A stretch of DNA of 64,000 nucleotides from NCBI GenBank assembly GCA_025594325.1, contig JANHCV010000003.1, forward strand, positions 2,480,001 to 2,544,000. Direction: 5' to 3'. Under the pieces are notes generated by a model. The model was not told the DNA's origin. It was given only the letters and a program-made list of their open reading frames with translations, and did not search any database. The translations under genes and the position numbers were made by a program. Within the stretch, counting starts at the first letter, position 1; the number at the start of each line of letters is the position of its first letter. Of this stretch, positions 59,066 to 64,000 are shown piece by piece. This DNA is from Blastocladiella emersonii ATCC 22665 (Eukaryota; Fungi; Blastocladiomycota).

Positions 59066-60231
59066 TCAAAATGGCCGATTTGCGGGAGGCATCGCGGACA
59101 CGGGCGACCCGGCGCGCGCTGTCCCGACGCGCGCAACGACCTCGAGGCGGCACGAGCGGGTGTGGAACCGCTTGCGCGACGCGCGGTAAGCGCGGACGAA
59201 TGCGTCCGTGTCGTCGCCCTCGGGCGAGGTGAAGGACCCCGCCCAAAACGCGGCCTGGAGCTTCTCCGACTCGGCGTCCGCCTCGGCCGCTACATTCGCA
59301 ACCCGCGCAACGAGTTTCTCGGGGGCGTATTTACCGGCGGCGAGCGCGGCGTGCTCGGCGGCGGTCTCGCGCCAGCGGTCCTGCGCGGCAGCGAGCTTTT
59401 CGGCGGTCTCACGGACGGCAGCGAGGCGGGAGGCGAGGGCGAGGCGCTGGTCGACGACGGTCTGGGCGGCGGCGGTGTTGGACTCGAGCAGGTCGGCGCG
59501 GGCGGCGGTCATGGCGCGGACGCGGTCGAGCTGCGCGAGCTGCACGTGCTGCGCGTCGTCATCTCCCAACAGGCGGGTTAGGCCGTCGAGGGTGTCGGGG
59601 AGCTGCTGGATCCAGTCCTTGTCGTCGTTGGAAGTGGCGGTAGAGGCGGAGGAGGAGGGGTTCTGCAGGGCGAGCATGGACATGGGCCGGGCGAGGGCGT
59701 TTCCCGCATTCGAGGAAGAGGAGGGCATGTACGAGGCAGGGCGGCGAGCACCGGGTGTTGTCGAGTCGCGGGCCGAGCCGCGGCGGACGAGCGAGGAGGT
59801 GGCCTGGAGCGGCGGGCGCGATGTGAGGGCCTGGACGACTACGGATGCAAGCGTTAGCCGTCTTCAAAGCAACGAAAACAGGTACACGGCACCCTGGAGG
59901 AGGTATGGACCGAGCAGCGACGCCTGCGGGTTCCACGGATCACGGCCGGCGGCGCGCTCCCAGTTGAGGGTGTTCCCCTCAACCATGGGGTGGACGACGG
60001 GCGGCGACACGGTGAGGACGGGAGCAGCGGCAGGGAAGTCGGCGGGCAGGGTCACGGAGAGCAGGAGCGGGCCGGTCGAGAGGTGCAGCGGGACGGCGAG
60101 CTCCGCGTCGGACACGCGGCGCGCGCCGGGGACCGCGGCGAGCGCCGACTGCCAGTGCTGGAGGCTGGGGCGCGGTGGTGTGAGTGGTTGTGGGTGGTTG
60201 CATCGTGTGCTGATAGTTACATGTTTGCCAT
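59066..60231 (-). CDS. VPS37: ESCRT-I subunit Vps37 (Mod(r) domain) with N-terminal UEV-like domain, spliced
   Basis: LSVTLPADFPAAAPVLTVSPPVVHPMV (UEV-like); YAPEKLVARV..EADAESEKL..FVRAYRASRKRFHTR (Mod(r)). Confidence 0.75.
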
Positions 60232-60495
60232 TGCTATGAGAGAGCGCTGCTGCCAAGAGCGGGAGCGCGAACGACCATGAACGAACGACGCGTCGAGCGA
60301 CCGAGCGGCGCCACACGGGTGAAGGCGTCAGGTGAGCCGGCGAGCCGCGGGCAAGGGAACTAAATTTAGTCCCCCTGCCGCGGGCGCCGCCCTGCTCGCC
60401 GGTGCCGCCCACCCCGCCGACCCCCATCGCTGTGATCCCCCCTCTTCCCTCTCTTCCGCCCACCAACACACCCGCTGCAACGGATCAACGCACCC

Positions 60496-62829
60496 ATGGG
60501 ACTCTCCGCGCTCCGCGCCGTGGCGCTGCTGGTGCTGCTCGCCGTGGGCGGCCTGCTCGTGGCGCAGCACCGGTCCGCCGCCGACCTCGCCGCCGCGTCC
60601 CAAAAGGCGTTGCGGGACGACGCAGAGTACCGCGCCGTGCTCGCGCGCTACGCGGGGCACGCCGCGCGCATCCTGGCCTGGACGCCCGTCGCGGGGACCC
60701 CCGGGTGGGAGGGCTTCGCCGTCGACTTCTGCCCCGACCTCGCCGCAAAGCACCAGACGTGCGTCGTCACGCACCGCCGCGTGCTGCAGAACGTGTCGGG
60801 CGCCGTGCTCTTCAGCTCGACCGACCTCGACCCGGCCGACCTGCCCGCGCGCGACCTGCACCAGCCGTGGGTGCTGTACTCGGAGGTGTCGCCCGTCGAG
60901 CACCCGGAGCCGTACCACGCCCTGCGCCCCGAGGTCGTCCGCAACTTTGACTACACCATGTCGTACCGCCTCGACAGCGACTTCCCGATCCCGCCCATGG
61001 GCCGCGACCTCGTCGACGCCGTGGCCGCGCCCGTCGACGACGCCAACATCGCCGCGCGGTTCGCCGACACCCAGCGCGCGCCCGTCCTGTGGAACGCGAC
61101 CGTCTGCTCGACCGACAACCACCGCGCGTCGCTCGTCCAGCAGCTCATGGCGCGCGGCGTCGTCGTCGACACGGTCGGCCGCGACCCGAGCACGGGCAAC
61201 CCGTGCCCGACCAACGGCCGCCACATCCCCGACTCCGAAATCCCCTCCAACGGCGACCTCGTCGCGCTGATGCGCCGGTACAAGTTCGTCCTCGCCCTCG
61301 AGACGTCCAACTGCCGCGACTACGTATCGCGCACCCTGGTCCGCGCGCTGCACGCCGGCGCGATCCCGATCGTCGATGGTCCCTCCAACTACCACGCGTT
61401 CCTGCCGCACCACGACGCCGCGATCGTCGTCGACGCCGCGCCGTCGGTCGCGCACGTCGCCGAGTCCATCAAGGCGCTCGCGCGCGACCAGGCCGCGTAC
61501 ACGGCGCGCCTGCGTTCGGGCCGCCCGAACCCGGCGCCCGACGCGTGGCGCGCGCGGTGGACGTCCCCGAAACTCGCCCTCGGCCGCCGCGCCGGGTGGT
61601 GCGGCCTGTGCGCTGCCGCCATTGACGCCGAGCGCCACGTCCGCGCCGAACACGCCCACGCTGCCGCGACCGAAGCCAAGATGCGCGCCACCGAGCTCGC
61701 GCTCGCGTCGGGGCTCGCCGAGGTCGCGGCCATGCGCGAGTACCTCGCGCGCGACGACAAGGCGACGGGGCTCTCGGGGCTGTGGTTCCACAACAGCCGC
61801 GACTCTTCCTCCTCGCCCGCCTCGGGCGTCGGCAGCAGCGCGAGCAGCATGGTCGTGAACGCGACCGAGTGGCTGTCGCGCGGCCCCCTGCCCCTCCCGC
61901 GCTCACACGTCCCGCTCTCGCGCCCGCCCCCGCGGCCCGTCGTCGCGCCCGACTACTCGTGCAAGCTCGCGAAATGGGCGCCCGCGACGAACCGCGCGAC
62001 GCGGGAGCACTACGACGCGCAGTCGACGCTGCCGCCCGACTACCTCGACCACGTCTTCTTCAACGCGTCCGCCGCCGTCGCGTGGCCCAAACCACTCCGG
62101 CCGCGCCCGCGCCGCATGTCGACGCTCGCGGACCTCCACGGCGTGCGCGCCGCCGCCGAGCTCGCCCGCGAGCACGGCGGGCGGTTGCCCGCGTGGGCGC
62201 ACGACCCGGCGGCTGACCAGGCGCTCGAGCGCGCCGCGGCTGGCGGTTCCGGTGGGGCAGGGGCGGGTAGCGCGAAGCCGGATACCTCGGCCGCGGACGA
62301 GGCCGCCGCCCTGCTACTCGCGGCCAACGCCGACGGGACGGGCACGGGGCCCGCCGGCGGTGGTTCCGGCAGCGATGGAGCCGCCGGTTCCTCGGCCGAC
62401 GCGTCCTCCGGCACGCCCGCCACGGTGCGCGGCCGCCGGTTCCCGCAGTTCCTCATGGACATGGACTTCCCAACGACCGCGGCCGACGACGACGCCGACG
62501 AGTTTTTCGCGCCCGTCGACGTCGTGGACGTGCTGCTGGTCGCGGTCGCGGCGGCGGGCGCGTTTGGCGTTGTGCGCAATCTGCGCGGCGGCGAACCGCC
62601 CGCGGTCGCGGCCACGGCGCGGCCGTCAAGCTGGACGGCGATGGCGGCCAAGCTGACGGGCGGCGTGCTCGGGTCACCGACCGCGGGGTCTGCGGGCGGG
62701 AGCGCCAAGTCGCCGCGCGTGCTGCCGATGCGCCGGCAGAGCGTCGCGTACCGCGCGGTCGCCGGCGGGGCGGAAGACGTGCCGATGGTCCCCCCTTCGC
62801 AGCGGTACGACGAGACCAAGACGCTCTGA
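60496..62829 (+). CDS. GT10 alpha-1,3-fucosyltransferase-like type II membrane protein
   Basis: N-terminal TM; AVLF, PWVLYSEVSP, FDYTMSYRLDSDFPIP, YKFVLALETSNCRDYV, AGAIPIV. Confidence 0.8.
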   Translation: MGLSALRAVALLVLLAVGGLLVAQHRSAADLAAASQKALRDDAEYRAVLARYAGHAARILAWTPVAGTPGWEGFAVDFCPDLAAKHQTCVVTHRRVLQNVSGAVLFSSTDLDPADLPARDLHQPWVLYSEVSPVEHPEPYHALRPEVVRNFDYTMSYRLDSDFPIPPMGRDLVDAVAAPVDDANIAARFADTQRAPVLWNATVCSTDNHRASLVQQLMARGVVVDTVGRDPSTGNPCPTNGRHIPDSEIPSNGDLVALMRRYKFVLALETSNCRDYVSRTLVRALHAGAIPIVDGPSNYHAFLPHHDAAIVVDAAPSVAHVAESIKALARDQAAYTARLRSGRPNPAPDAWRARWTSPKLALGRRAGWCGLCAAAIDAERHVRAEHAHAAATEAKMRATELALASGLAEVAAMREYLARDDKATGLSGLWFHNSRDSSSSPASGVGSSASSMVVNATEWLSRGPLPLPRSHVPLSRPPPRPVVAPDYSCKLAKWAPATNRATREHYDAQSTLPPDYLDHVFFNASAAVAWPKPLRPRPRRMSTLADLHGVRAAAELAREHGGRLPAWAHDPAADQALERAAAGGSGGAGAGSAKPDTSAADEAAALLLAANADGTGTGPAGGGSGSDGAAGSSADASSGTPATVRGRRFPQFLMDMDFPTTAADDDADEFFAPVDVVDVLLVAVAAAGAFGVVRNLRGGEPPAVAATARPSSWTAMAAKLTGGVLGSPTAGSAGGSAKSPRVLPMRRQSVAYRAVAGGAEDVPMVPPSQRYDETKTL

Positions 62830-62851
62830 ACATTACAATACAAACTTCCTA

Positions 62852-63849
62852 TTAGTGCTTCCCACCGCGCAACCGGCGTACATCCCGCTCCTCCTCCCTG
62901 ATCCTCCCGCGCACCCGTGCGAGCTCCGCGACCGCGGCCTTGAACTCGTCGCCGAGCTCGTACGCCGCGAGCGCGCGTGCGCACCGCCGGTCCGTCTCCC
63001 TGAGCACCCGCACGCGGTGCGCGAGCGCCGCCGCGACCGCCCGCGCGAGGTGCTGCACCGCGGGGTCCCTCGTCCATGCGTCGGCGCGCGCGCGGGAGGA
63101 CAGGAGGGCGAGTTTGCGCCGTGCGAGAAGGATGATCAGCGAGTAGTACGGCGTCGCGGAGCCGCGCGACGCGCACCGCGCGGCGTGCGCGGCGACGAGC
63201 GAGTGCAGGTGGTCCAGGCACTGCGTCGCCGCAGCGAGGGCGGACGACGCGGCGAAGGCGGACGCGGACGCGGGCGGGGTTGAGAGGGAGGAGGTGGGGC
63301 GGCGTAGGTCTGCCAGCAGGTGCTGCGCGTGCTGCGGGACGACGAGATCGGTCGCGATCTCTACACGCTCGGGCAGGGTCAGACGGCGGCGCTCGAGTCG
63401 TACACACTCTCTCAGCGTACCCTGCCCGCGCCCGTGCTCGAGGACACGGAGAAAGTGTCCCTTGATCGCCCGCTCGACGTCCGCGACGGATACCGACTCT
63501 CGTTCGCGGCCCAGCGCCGCCGCCTGGTACAGGACGGGCAGCCCCGCGTACACCGCGGCGGCCGGGTGCGCGCGGAGGTCGGCGTCCGTCACCTCGCCGC
63601 CGGTGTTCCCACGGCCGCCACCGGCGCCGGCGCGCGCGACGTGGTGGTTCAGGATCGCGAGCCGGAGCCACTCGCGCTTGAGGTCCGTCTACACACACGC
63701 CGCTGGCGAGTGAGCGGAGGCGGACAACCGCCAGGAAGGGGAGGCAGTCGACGCACGAGACGGTCGCGCAGCGGGTCGCTCGCGAGGTCCGCGGCCTGCT
63801 TCTGCGCGACGGCGGCCGCGAGCGCGTCGTAGTGGGGTGTTGGTGTCAT
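62852..63849 (-). CDS. Coiled-coil protein resembling augmin subunit HAUS4, probably spliced
   Basis: C-terminal ALAAYELGDEFKAAVAELARVRGRIREEERDVRRLR resembles the HAUS4 terminus; judged by eye only. Confidence 0.45.
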
Positions 63850-64000
63850 GGCTGCCGACTCTGTCGCTGAAGAAGATGCATGGAGTGTGAAGTAGGCACG
63901 ACCAAATGAGATGTATCAAAACTGTAAGTGAGAGAAGAGAATCTACTCTGCCGCCCCCGCCGCCCCCGTCGCCAGCGTCCCGACGGGCGCGTGCTCGGGG

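Noticed and set aside
1-64000. CRISPR arrays, rRNA or tRNA genes
   Set aside because: No regularly spaced repeat-spacer arrays and no recognisable rRNA or tRNA signatures seen by eye; tRNAscan-SE would be needed to exclude tRNAs.

Overview
GC-rich eukaryotic DNA with short GT-AG introns. The gene content (fungal OPT and Dsc3, together with a class C GPCR, an MST/Hippo-type kinase, a GT10 glycosyltransferase and a HAUS4-like gene) suggests an early-diverging zoosporic fungus such as Blastocladiomycota; this is inference. Intact housekeeping genes: DSC3, ADA1/HFI1, HUS1, UBA3, PPM1, a CHD/Mit1-like remodeller, FLX1, OPT, an ABCC transporter, sphingosine kinase and VPS37. These alternate with accessory patches. 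The standout is at 0.5-6.1 kb: a Fanzor1-type (eukaryotic TnpB-like) RNA-guided nuclease gene with all three RuvC acidic residues and the Zn finger intact. It is followed by a hairpin-dense tract, a candidate omegaRNA. Its degraded 5' part is interrupted by a 3.7-kb P-element-like DDE transposon with 133-bp terminal inverted repeats and a perfect target-site duplication. Other accessory features are a 5'-truncated PIF1 helicase fragment, a LINE RNase H remnant, three disrupted copies of an F-box-like/LRR family, a tandem F-box-like pair, a tandem triplet of small orphan proteins, a recurrent 13-15 bp intergenic motif and a repeated structured ~100-bp element. All family assignments come from motifs recognised by eye; no searches were run.
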